A DNA stretch of 32,000 nt from Pyrobaculum aerophilum str. IM2 (GCF_000007225.1 NC_003364.1:1860001-1892000), one strand, 5' to 3'; shown: positions 1 through 8,055, counted from the first letter of the stretch. Numbers and translations are program-made. Notes: a model not told the origin generated them from the sequence alone.

Positions 1-1523
1 ACGACATCCCTCTGGATATCCATTACATCTTTAACAGATATTTTACCACGGGCCGCTTTTTGGGCTATTAGTTCCATAATTCTGTCGTGTCTATAACGGT
101 CAGCCCATCTCCACTGGAGGTAAATATTCGCATCCGCAATTTTATTGTTCGCAGTGGCGAGGTAAGGCGGATTTACGTAGTAGAGCACTGAAGGCAGCCA
201 CACAAAACCCCTCCATTCCCCCTCTCCCTTAGATCCGTTAAAGGGCAGGTAACCCCCCTCTCTTATAGGGAAATAGCCGTTGGCGAAATACGCCACTACG
301 CCATATCTGTCAGCGTAGACGGTGTTTTGACTGGGCGTGACGAAGTACTTAAGCCCGTTGAGAAACTCAGTGAGATTCCTCGCCTTATTCATGTAGTAAA
401 GCGCGAGGGCCTCTAAGGTCACGTTATTGCCAAGCCACTTCATGGAATACTTCTGCCCTTTGTATTCAATAACTGGGCCGTGTACTGTTTCTAAAACCTC
501 TAGGCTCCTCTCCGCACATCTGTTATTCAAATCGCATATCTTAATCTTCTCAACACGCCTATTGGCATCTAGCCAAGTTCCGTTATAATAATACCTAGTG
601 CCGTTCCAGACGTAGAAATAGTAATCTATTACGTCAACGCCTGTATTAGTAAAGCCCCACGCCACATATCCATTAGTCCCTATGACTACTACAGGCGCGC
701 CTGGAAAGGCCACGCCCATGACGGTGTAATTAGGCATTTCAACTCTCTGGAATATCCAGATAGGCGGGGCCGAAAGGGAGAGGTGGGGATCGTTGGCTAG
801 TATTGGCATGCCTGTGGCGGTGAAATTCGGCGATATAATCCAGTTATTACTCCCCATCCCCAAAGGCGAGGTAAATGTTACTTTCCGCGGCAAAATGGGA
901 GTATTCCCCTCTCTCGCAAGAGCTATCTCGAGAAACTGCGGCCCCAACGCCTCTACAAGAGCTTTGAGCTCAATATCGTCCTCCCCTCCGCTGAGAGACC
1001 ACGCCACAAGCTTTGCAATAGCTAACGTGTCAACGGGGCTCCACGGCTCGGGGCTCTTGCCTAGAATTAAATACTCCACTATCGGCGGGCGGGAGGCCAA
1101 AAAGTCGTTAACGCCGCGCGCATACTCTTCAATAAGCTCGGCGTATTGGGGATAATTCCGCTTTATATACTCCCACGTGCGCTCGGCGGATATGTACAGG
1201 CCCCTGGTCCTAAAATAAACGTCTGTATCAAACGCCGCCTCGCCTAATAGTTCTGACAACTTGCCCTCTGCCACTCTTCTCATTACGTCCATTTGGAAAA
1301 AACGATAATACGCGTGGGCGTATCCCAATTTGTAAAAAGCCTCTTTCTCGTCCCCGGCCTTTATTACCAACGTATAGTTTACCAAAGGCGCCGGCGGCGC
1401 GGGGCGCGCCACTGCTTTTAAAGGCCCCTGGAACGGATCAGCCAGTCTGAAAAAATAGGGGGGAGTTAGAAAAATAACAAAGGCAACTAGAAAAAGGATT
1501 AAAACTGCAACTAGCCACTTCAT
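1..1523 (-). CDS. Penicillin/cephalosporin acylase-family Ntn-hydrolase (peptidase S45 type); N-terminal ~507 codons, with the 3' part running off the window
   Basis: Absent from the ORF track because no stop lies in the window. My reverse-strand translation from ATG 1523-1521 gives MKWLVAVLILFLVAFVIF (membrane anchor) ... LGYAHAYYRFFQMDVMRR ... GMGSNNWIISPNFTATGMPILANDPHL ... GAPVVVIGTNGYVAWGFTN ... YLATANNK. The GSNxW nucleophile/autocleavage site and the ANDPH motif are typical of penicillin amidases. I read the frame codon by codon and it stays open to base 3. Confidence 0.8.
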   Translation of the reverse strand, partial: MKWLVAVLILFLVAFVIFLTPPYFFRLADPFQGPLKAVARPAPPAPLVNYTLVIKAGDEKEAFYKLGYAHAYYRFFQMDVMRRVAEGKLSELLGEAAFDTDVYFRTRGLYISAERTWEYIKRNYPQYAELIEEYARGVNDFLASRPPIVEYLILGKSPEPWSPVDTLAIAKLVAWSLSGGEDDIELKALVEALGPQFLEIALAREGNTPILPRKVTFTSPLGMGSNNWIISPNFTATGMPILANDPHLSLSAPPIWIFQRVEMPNYTVMGVAFPGAPVVVIGTNGYVAWGFTNTGVDVIDYYFYVWNGTRYYYNGTWLDANRRVEKIKICDLNNRCAERSLEVLETVHGPVIEYKGQKYSMKWLGNNVTLEALALYYMNKARNLTEFLNGLKYFVTPSQNTVYADRYGVVAYFANGYFPIREGGYLPFNGSKGEGEWRGFVWLPSVLYYVNPPYLATANNKIADANIYLQWRWADRYRHDRIMELIAQKAARGKISVKDVMDIQRDV

Positions 1524-1555
1524 AAGTATTTAACCCAAGATGTTTTTAAGGATTA

Positions 1556-1603
1556 ATGACGACGCTTACAAGGTCGGAAAAGTGAAGAGGGCTGAGCGGC
1601 TGA
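1556..1603 (+). ncRNA. C/D box sRNA (2'-O-methylation guide), core from C box to D box
   Basis: Boxes read directly: C AUGACGA (1556-1562), 12-nt guide CGCUUACAAGGU, D' CGGA (1575-1578), 3-nt spacer AAA, C' GUGAAGA (1582-1588), 11-nt guide GGGCUGAGCGG, D CUGA (1600-1603). A TATA-like GTATTTAAC (1526-1534) lies ~26 nt upstream of the C box. Confidence 0.6.
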
Positions 1604-2137
1604 TTAACCTCTACACTTAATTAAATATTTGTATGTGAGAAAAAAGGCCGTTGCGAGAATGGCATACCTCACGTAATTCGCCGCAGTGCGCGTAGGTATA
1701 TCTCCTAGCAACTGGAGATATTCTGGGGACAACGCCGTGCCTATTGAAAACTGTAATCCAAACGCCGTGATATTGCCGCCAATAATCCCCCCGAATGCTT
1801 TAACTAGACCCCTAAATTTTTCACACTTATAAGCCCGCCATAATGGCATGAAAATGAGATACCAAAATACTGCGATAATTGCCGGAATTACGGCAAGTAA
1901 GGCGATTTCCAACGGCCCAATGCCGGCAATATACAAGACGGTGCTTATTAACGCCGCCCTCCAAATTCGCTTTCTGTGCAACGTCAGCACAATCCATGCC
2001 AACGTAAGATAAGCCCCCCACACGCGTAACACTAAATGAACTGCCGTAGGCGGAGGCAGATAGGAGAGTAGGTAAATGAGAAAAAGCCCTAAAGCTGGGG
2101 GTATTATTAACTGAACTTTATCAAATACCCGGCCCAT
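1604..2137 (-). CDS. Hypothetical polytopic membrane protein (177 aa)
   Basis: ORF with about five hydrophobic segments (for example LIIPPALGLFLIYLLSYL, AYLTLAWIVLTL, LEIALLAVIPAIIAVFWYLIF). Its start overlaps the end of the upstream 487-aa ORF by 31 nt. It lies in a low-GC stretch and no family was recognised. Confidence 0.55.
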   Translation of the reverse strand: MGRVFDKVQLIIPPALGLFLIYLLSYLPPPTAVHLVLRVWGAYLTLAWIVLTLHRKRIWRAALISTVLYIAGIGPLEIALLAVIPAIIAVFWYLIFMPLWRAYKCEKFRGLVKAFGGIIGGNITAFGLQFSIGTALSPEYLQLLGDIPTRTAANYVRYAILATAFFLTYKYLIKCRG

Positions 2138-3570
2138 GCCAAGGCGTAAGGCTCCTCAGGTGCAACGAAGTAATTGTTCATATTCTTTAAAGCAATAACA
2201 GTCCTTAATAAGTGTGGAGAGTACGATACCAACGGCATTTCCGCATAAGTGTTTTCAGCTTTAAAATACCCTATAATATTAATATTAATATATCTAACGC
2301 TAATTCCAATTAACTGACTCCTATCGCCAGCGTAGAAAATGTTAATGTCCCAGTGCGCGCTTATTATGTTACCTGTTGTGCCTGCATCATAGCCAATTCC
2401 GTAGTAGGGGATAGGTGAACTCTGTATACACGAAATATTTACAGGGGCGGACACACCCCCTAGCAAAGCATCTAACCCCCAGAGGACAGCGCCCGCGATT
2501 GCAACGCCTAGACTTCCTGTGAAAAAAGACAACGCAGTCACTACAAAGCTAGTTGCGGCAACCACTGCGCCAGTCGCAGAAATTAATGCGTCGAGAAACA
2601 GATTTCTGCTTTCCGTTATATTCATTGACATCGTCGGCGTCCGGCCCACTACCTCAACGGCTAGGCAGACCCTTTTCAGGGCAGGCGTCTCCCTCATATC
2701 CCAATGTTTAAACGGCGTGTAATAGTACGAGACCATAGCAAAACCGCTCTCACTACTTTGAAAAACAAGGCCTGTATGTCTAATTTGAGCCAAGGCGGCT
2801 CCACGACCAGTGTATATTAACCCTGAAGTATACCTCACTACATAGGTATAAAAGTCCCTCAAATGAGTCCTCCTCTGCAGTTCGAACTTATTAGGCAGAT
2901 TGTTAAAAATTGGTTTAGTGCTAAGCCAGGTTGCGCTGTTGTGACTCCAAATTTCGGGCCAGCGCCATCCCTGAATGTAGAGCTCCTCAACCGTGATCTT
3001 GGTTCCAGTGTTCTTATACGTAAGGATAATGGGAATCACTTGAGATGCGTTAAAAGAAAAGAACCATTTCGCTGCCTCTAGTAAGTTGAACAATTCAGAA
3101 ATTACAAAAGTACACGTCCCAGTGCTCGTATCAATACTCGTCGGCGCAAAAGTTCCTAGATTAATAGAGCCAATTGTAACACTTACTCTCGCGTCGGCAT
3201 TGCAGCCATAAGAGGTCTTCAGTCGCGCGTAGAAGGTGGCATATTCGTTAAACCCTTGTGGTATAACGGTCAGAAATACATCTCTTCCCCAATAGCTATT
3301 ATAACTAAATACAACGCCTGGCTGTTTTGCATCCCAACGCCACAACGAAGCCAAGCTTCCGTAAATATCAGACGTAGAGGGGCCTGGCCTTCTATATACG
3401 GCCATAAGAGATATATTAATAGGCTTATAATTTGGATTCCTAATATCTGTATATACATATATATAATAGTTCGAGTAAGCAGAAATATCAAATATATACA
3501 TCTTTCTAAGAACTTTACTTATGTTGTAAAGTGGTGAAGAGCTCCATGTCCAATACTGTGTAGTAGGCAC
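2107..3570 (-). CDS. Hypothetical envelope protein (487 aa): aromatic/Asn/Ser/Thr-rich ectodomain, Gly/Ala-rich hydrophobic hairpin, and a C-terminal domain
   Basis: Longest ORF in the low-GC stretch. The track gives a GTG start, with no ATG, TATA or GGAGG nearby. It carries several N-x-S/T sequons. The hydrophobic stretch is ISATGAVVAATSFVVTALSFFTGSLGVAIAGAVLWGLDALLGG. There is no N-terminal signal peptide of its own and no family was recognised. Confidence 0.6.
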   Translation of the reverse strand: MPTTQYWTWSSSPLYNISKVLRKMYIFDISAYSNYYIYVYTDIRNPNYKPINISLMAVYRRPGPSTSDIYGSLASLWRWDAKQPGVVFSYNSYWGRDVFLTVIPQGFNEYATFYARLKTSYGCNADARVSVTIGSINLGTFAPTSIDTSTGTCTFVISELFNLLEAAKWFFSFNASQVIPIILTYKNTGTKITVEELYIQGWRWPEIWSHNSATWLSTKPIFNNLPNKFELQRRTHLRDFYTYVVRYTSGLIYTGRGAALAQIRHTGLVFQSSESGFAMVSYYYTPFKHWDMRETPALKRVCLAVEVVGRTPTMSMNITESRNLFLDALISATGAVVAATSFVVTALSFFTGSLGVAIAGAVLWGLDALLGGVSAPVNISCIQSSPIPYYGIGYDAGTTGNIISAHWDINIFYAGDRSQLIGISVRYININIIGYFKAENTYAEMPLVSYSPHLLRTVIALKNMNNYFVAPEEPYALAWAGYLIKFS

Positions 3571-3666
3571 AGCGGACGTGGGAGATGATGAGAAGGCTAT
3601 AGCAAGCCAAAGATCAGGCCCAGGCTCGCCGAAGTTCGGAGCAGTTATATCAGGCCTCCAAGTTAC

Positions 3667-4431
3667 TTACACGTAGACGCGGACGACGTCTTTTCCCAAA
3701 TAAGCCCAGCGGCTGTCTGATGACGATTTAGGAATAAAATTATAAGTTCTAGTTAAAGGATTAAATCCTGTTGCAATAATAAAACTCGCAGGCGTATACA
3801 GAAAGCTACTTTGAACATTTGCATACACTGCGGGGGCAAATACATACGTGGACCAGTAGAAGCTAGTAGAGGAGGTGCCGCTGTCAAACCCCATTGTACC
3901 CACCTCTCCTCCAGAGCCTCTTGGCGAGTGCCTTCTTGTCGAATTCTTCGGCCTCTTAATATCTATTGGCTTTCCGTCTACGTAGAATTTGCCTTCCCTC
4001 TCCTCGGCTAATAATACCAGCTCCAACCTGGAGGCAAGCCACGTCTCATTGCCCCGGGAGCCCTTCCGCGTAATAATCGCACCATAAAGCTCGGTCGTAT
4101 TTCTGGCAAGGATTAGCCTAATCCTCCCAACTCCTTCTATATCCACGTCCACTGCCCTTGGGTGTTTAGCCTCGGCGTTATTCACAGCCTCTCTGGGGAT
4201 TACAAGATATTTTCCCACTACGCTTAAATAGGAAGTATTAGTACCAAAATCAATTAAGTATACAGTGCGATTTAAAGCTATGTATACAACTGGCACTTGC
4301 TCTATTTTATCACCTATTACTACATAGGGGAATTCGTCGCCTATATCCAAGTCTAAAAAGATGTACTTGCCAATGTCGCTAGCATAGAGTAGTGCCGTTA
4401 AGATCAACAGTATTGTTAATCCCTGTAGCAT
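3667..4431 (-). CDS. Hypothetical secreted or membrane-anchored glycoprotein-like protein (254 aa)
   Basis: N-terminal hydrophobic signal/anchor MLQGLTILLILTALLYA. Sequons NRT, NTS, NTT, NET and NST are present, and the C-terminal third is Ser/Thr-rich. No family was recognised. Confidence 0.6.
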   Translation of the reverse strand: MLQGLTILLILTALLYASDIGKYIFLDLDIGDEFPYVVIGDKIEQVPVVYIALNRTVYLIDFGTNTSYLSVVGKYLVIPREAVNNAEAKHPRAVDVDIEGVGRIRLILARNTTELYGAIITRKGSRGNETWLASRLELVLLAEEREGKFYVDGKPIDIKRPKNSTRRHSPRGSGGEVGTMGFDSGTSSTSFYWSTYVFAPAVYANVQSSFLYTPASFIIATGFNPLTRTYNFIPKSSSDSRWAYLGKDVVRVYV

Positions 4432-4580
4432 ATACCCTTTATGACATAATACTCAAAAAAAAGGATTTAAATACCTTTTCCCAGCGTATTGGCGGTGGAT
4501 TAACTCTCATGATGTACTACATTTGCGCGGTTTTCAACTATCTTTAACAACTTATTTAAAGAGGTATAAAACGGACGTTC

Positions 4581-4889
4581 ATGGATTATAGTATAGAACA
4601 CGCCCGAGTTAAAGAGGCAATTGAAAAGGCCCAGTGCGCCGCCCCCTCGCCCCAAGAGCTTTTAAACTGTATAGAGGGGCAGTTAAGGGGCGCTGGGTAT
4701 ACGCCTATTGCATCTCAGCTACTAGACGCAAATGTAGACCCCGTGGAGAGGCCCGAAGAGGCCAGGTTTATTAGAATAGAGGCCCGGAGGCCGGGTGACA
4801 AGAATACTCACGTTTTCACCTTCGCCGTATTAAAACCAGGAGGGGTTTACAAGGCCCTCTGGCTACAGTCTGCTGTGATCGAGAAGTAA
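4581..4889 (+). CDS. Hypothetical protein (102 aa)
   Basis: ATG ORF with TATA-like CTTATTTAAAGAGG ~25 nt upstream. Its stop TAA directly abuts the ATG of the next gene (TAAATG), which suggests co-transcription. Confidence 0.5.
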   Translation: MDYSIEHARVKEAIEKAQCAAPSPQELLNCIEGQLRGAGYTPIASQLLDANVDPVERPEEARFIRIEARRPGDKNTHVFTFAVLKPGGVYKALWLQSAVIEK

Positions 4890-5189
4890 ATGGAGACGGT
4901 TAGGGAGAGGCTTATTAAAGTCCTCCTTGAGAGCAGAGAGCCCCTCACTGTCAATCAGCTACAGGCGCTTGTAAATACCGAGTTAAAGCCAAGCGAATTA
5001 TACGACGAGCTTGAACACGTCAAGAAGACGCTGAAAAGAATGGGCTACCGCCTCGAGCTAGTACCCGCTGTTTGTAAAAACTGCGGCTATGAGTTCAGAG
5101 ACCGGGAGAAATTAAAAAAGCCAAGCCGCTGTCCCCGTTGCAAAAGCGAAAGAATAGAGCCGCCTAAATTTTACATAGAGCCTCTCTAG
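4890..5189 (+). CDS. Small winged-helix HTH protein with a C-terminal zinc ribbon (COG3357-like predicted transcriptional regulator)
   Basis: The N-terminal part, RERLIKVLLESREPLTVNQLQALV, looks wHTH-like. The C-terminal CKNCGYEF...CPRCKS forms a CxxC...CxxC ribbon. Confidence 0.7.
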   Translation: METVRERLIKVLLESREPLTVNQLQALVNTELKPSELYDELEHVKKTLKRMGYRLELVPAVCKNCGYEFRDREKLKKPSRCPRCKSERIEPPKFYIEPL

Positions 5190-5371
5190 TCCGCAGAGGC
5201 GCTGCGGCATAAGCCCTCCACTGCCATCTACGCGCCGCTTTAGGCGCTATTCCGCCTCGCGCCTACGGCGGTTTGACAGCGCCCCGCTATTGGCTGTCCT
5301 GAATATCTCCTAACGGCGCTGATTCAAGAGGCTGGAACAGTGCATTTAAAAATAGTGACAGGGTTGAGGCC

Positions 5372-6613
5372 GTGTTGGAGGCTCCGTCATTTGACAAAAT
5401 GCTGGGGATGTTTTACTACGCCACTGACACCTGCCCGTCTGGCGGCGTGATAAAGAGGAGTCCCGAGGACTTCGTCGTTGAAGAGGTTTTGTTAGACGGC
5501 ACGGTTATAGCTACGTCTGGAGTAGAGCTAAGACCGAGAGTGGGCAACTGGACGTGGATACACGTAGTCAAGCGCAATGTGGACACAATAAAACTGGTGT
5601 TGCGCTTGGCGAGAGCCCTCGGCCTTAGCCATCGCGACGTCTCCGTTGGGGGGTTAAAGGATACTAAAGCCGTGACCTCTCAAATAATATCCGTAAGAGG
5701 GCCGGTTGCAAATCTCCCTCAGCTACCCGGCGTACAGTTCTTAGGCATGTGGAGTATGGATAAGCCCATAACGCCCTCTCAAATATATGGAAATAGGTTT
5801 ACAATAATACTGCGCGACGTGGAGAGAATTAGCTGTGCGGAGGGGGCTCTTGAGGCGCTTAAAAAGACCGCGGCGCCGAATTATTACGGCTATCAGCGAT
5901 TCGGGACGATTAGGCCAGTAACACACCTCTTGGGAAAGGCGCTGTTAAAGAAAGACCCGCACTTATTTTTCGAGGTCATGTTTTGCAAAATTTTCAGCCG
6001 GGAGTCCGAGGTGGCGAAAAGGGCTAGAGAGGCGGCGTGTAAGGGGGATTATGCAAAGGCCTTGGAGCTCTTCCCGAAGAAATTCGTTGAGGAAAGGGTT
6101 TTTCTAAAGAGACTGGCCGGGGGCTACGACATGTGGAACGCCATCATGGCTATACCGCCACAAATTCTAAGAGTATATATCGAGGCGGCGCAGTCGTATA
6201 TTTTTAATCGATTTCTATCGATTAGAATGGAGATAGGCCCCATTGACAGGCCGGTGGAGGGGGATTTAGTTGAAATCAACAGACAGATCGCGTATTACGC
6301 GGAGGGCCTCGGCGGGGAGGTGGTGTTGCCAGTAGTGGGCGCAGGGGTTAGAATGCCCCGGGGCAAGGTGGGCGAGGCCCTATTGAGAGTATTGAGAGAA
6401 GAGGGCCTAGATCCCTCGGCGTTTCTTAAGATGCCGCGGGGCCTAAGGGTATACGGCACTTACAGACGCGTAAGGCTTGAGCCCGCCGGCTTTGAGTATA
6501 AGATTATGGGCAACGACGTGTTCATGCAATTCACCCTCCCCAGGGGTAGCTACGCCACAGTTCTTTTAAGAGAGGTGGTAAAGCCCGCAGAGCCTCACAA
6601 GCACGGGTTTTAG
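5372..6613 (+). CDS. truD: tRNA pseudouridine(13) synthase TruD
   Basis: Carries PEDFVVEEV near the N-terminus, GGLKDTKAVTSQ (catalytic Asp in the GxKD motif) and NYYGYQRFG. The length is typical for archaeal TruD. The GTG start lies ~22 nt downstream of TATA GCATTTAAAAATAG (5343-5356). Confidence 0.85.
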   Translation: MLEAPSFDKMLGMFYYATDTCPSGGVIKRSPEDFVVEEVLLDGTVIATSGVELRPRVGNWTWIHVVKRNVDTIKLVLRLARALGLSHRDVSVGGLKDTKAVTSQIISVRGPVANLPQLPGVQFLGMWSMDKPITPSQIYGNRFTIILRDVERISCAEGALEALKKTAAPNYYGYQRFGTIRPVTHLLGKALLKKDPHLFFEVMFCKIFSRESEVAKRAREAACKGDYAKALELFPKKFVEERVFLKRLAGGYDMWNAIMAIPPQILRVYIEAAQSYIFNRFLSIRMEIGPIDRPVEGDLVEINRQIAYYAEGLGGEVVLPVVGAGVRMPRGKVGEALLRVLREEGLDPSAFLKMPRGLRVYGTYRRVRLEPAGFEYKIMGNDVFMQFTLPRGSYATVLLREVVKPAEPHKHGF

Positions 6614-6649
6614 GAGGACAAAGATTTAATTTGAGTCAGATTAAAGAAC

Positions 6650-7447
6650 GTGGTAGAGGCATTTCCCGCAGATAGCGCATTGCCAATACCTAAAAAAGAC
6701 GCCTTAATAGTACTGGCAGTCCACAGCTATATCCCATCTCAGTCAAATCCCCGCCCGGAGTTCGTAGAGGCAATTCTTCAAGCGCTGCAGGGAAGAGACG
6801 TCTCCATAACCTTCTCAATGCCTAAATCTTATTTCGAGAAGGCGGTTAAAATAATCGGCCTTGAGAAGTTAGCGGGCAAATACGGGGCGAGGATAGTACA
6901 GCCTCATCAGCACGCCAATTTCAAACTAGAGCTGGACTCGCCGCGGGGGGCTAAAATTAAGGTAAGGGCCTTAGAGGCCGCGTTTGACGAGTCTCTTTTA
7001 AAAATCGTGGTGGCAATACCCGTGAGCCACCCCCAGACGATTCTCTATTTAACCACCCCCACAGCGGCGCTCCAAGTGCTTGAGCCTAAAGACGCGCAGA
7101 ACCTCTACGAGGGGTTTAGGCCGCTGTATAAGTACATTGCAGATATTTACAAACTGGAGAAAAATACCCTTTGTATCGTGGACGGCAAATTCGTCATTGA
7201 GGGCGACGGGCCGATAAAGGGCTTTCAACGTTACTGGGGCGTTGCGGTGACGGGCGAAAACTGCGCCGAAGTTGATTACGTAACCGCGCACGCGCTGGGC
7301 GTAAACCCTGAGGATTTGGGATATCTCTATTTCTACTATGGCGGCGCGTGGCCTAAAACGCCCCTGCCGCCTCTACTGGAGAAAAATAAATTATCAATAA
7401 AACTGACAAGCAACGTGGGGATACTCCTCACGTGGAAAAAGGGCTAA
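6650..7447 (+). CDS. Conserved hypothetical protein (265 aa; weak, unverified resemblance to DUF362-type proteins)
   Basis: Clean ORF with a GTG start ~25 nt downstream of AAGATTTAATTT. Composition looks like a soluble protein. I could not name a diagnostic motif. Confidence 0.55.
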   Translation: MVEAFPADSALPIPKKDALIVLAVHSYIPSQSNPRPEFVEAILQALQGRDVSITFSMPKSYFEKAVKIIGLEKLAGKYGARIVQPHQHANFKLELDSPRGAKIKVRALEAAFDESLLKIVVAIPVSHPQTILYLTTPTAALQVLEPKDAQNLYEGFRPLYKYIADIYKLEKNTLCIVDGKFVIEGDGPIKGFQRYWGVAVTGENCAEVDYVTAHALGVNPEDLGYLYFYYGGAWPKTPLPPLLEKNKLSIKLTSNVGILLTWKKG

Positions 7448-7466
7448 ACGGAGGAGGCGCTTGGCG

Positions 7467-7515
7467 GTGATGACTGCGTTGGTGGCCGATCGGTGAGCGG
7501 CGACGGACGGGCTGA
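7467..7515 (+). ncRNA. C/D box sRNA (2'-O-methylation guide), core from C box to D box
   Basis: C GUGAUGA (7467-7473), 12-nt guide CUGCGUUGGUGG, D' CCGA (7486-7489), spacer UCG, C' GUGAGCG (7493-7499), 12-nt guide GCGACGGACGGG, D CUGA (7512-7515). It starts 20 nt after the stop of the upstream gene and ends 5 nt before the uL14 TATA box. Confidence 0.65.
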
Positions 7516-7520
7516 TCAGT

Positions 7521-7533
7521 TAAAATATATAAA
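7521..7533 (+). promoter_or_regulatory. TATA box of the uL14 gene (leaderless spacing)
   Basis: TAAAATATATAAA is centred ~27 nt upstream of ATG 7554. Confidence 0.6.
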
Positions 7534-7553
7534 CACGGACAAACATAGGCGGT

Positions 7554-7988
7554 ATGGCAAAACGCGGCGGCAAGAGAACAGTAGGAGTACCCTATAGATT
7601 TCACGTAACTCCTGGCATATTTATGAACAGCCTAGTGCCAGTGGCGGACAACTCAGGGGCAAAGCTCGTGCGTGTAATTGGAGTCGTGGGGCACTACTCT
7701 AAAACAGTCCACAGGAGAATACCGGGCGCGGGCGTTGGCGACATGGTCGTGGTAGTAGTGAGGGAGGGGAAGCCGGAGCTTAGAAAACAGATATTTAGAG
7801 CCATAGTCGTCAGACAGAGGAGGCCGTATAGGAGGCCAGACGGCACGTGGGTAGCCTTTGAGGACAACGCCGTAGTTATAGTGACCCCCGAGGGAGATCC
7901 AAAGGGCTCTGAAATACACGGGCCTGTGGCAATGGAGGCCACGTTGAGGTGGCCCACAATTGCGAATTTAGCCTCTATAGTAGTTTAG
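7554..7988 (+). CDS. rpl14: 50S ribosomal protein uL14 (L14p/L23e)
   Basis: The motifs [39 protein letters not shown] and FEDNAVVIV match the uL14 fold, and the 144-aa length fits. Confidence 0.9.
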   Translation: MAKRGGKRTVGVPYRFHVTPGIFMNSLVPVADNSGAKLVRVIGVVGHYSKTVHRRIPGAGVGDMVVVVVREGKPELRKQIFRAIVVRQRRPYRRPDGTWVAFEDNAVVIVTPEGDPKGSEIHGPVAMEATLRWPTIANLASIVV

Positions 7989-8055
7989 TTTCGGCCAACT
8001 CTCCCCAGACCATATTGTAACTATAGCACTTATAACTCCATACTGACGGATATCC

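Noticed and set aside
793-1155. 120-aa plus-strand ORF from the track (TTG start).
   Set aside because: It lies entirely antisense to the well-supported penicillin-acylase CDS, which carries the GSNNW and ANDPH motifs on the minus strand. Its product is low-complexity. I treat it as a shadow ORF.
3585-3592. Perfect C-box-like GATGATGA on the plus strand in the spacer between the two island ORFs.
   Set aside because: No CUGA D or D' box follows at any compatible spacing on that strand. The two CTGA motifs on the other strand are 32 nt apart with no C box.
1602-4511. GATTAAC(C)TCT-like words at both edges of the low-GC island (1602-1615 and 4498-4511), considered as possible att-type direct repeats.
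   Set aside because: Only a 7-mer is exact and the rest needs an indel. A 7-mer shared between two ~100-bp windows is expected by chance about half the time. No integrase or tRNA is nearby.
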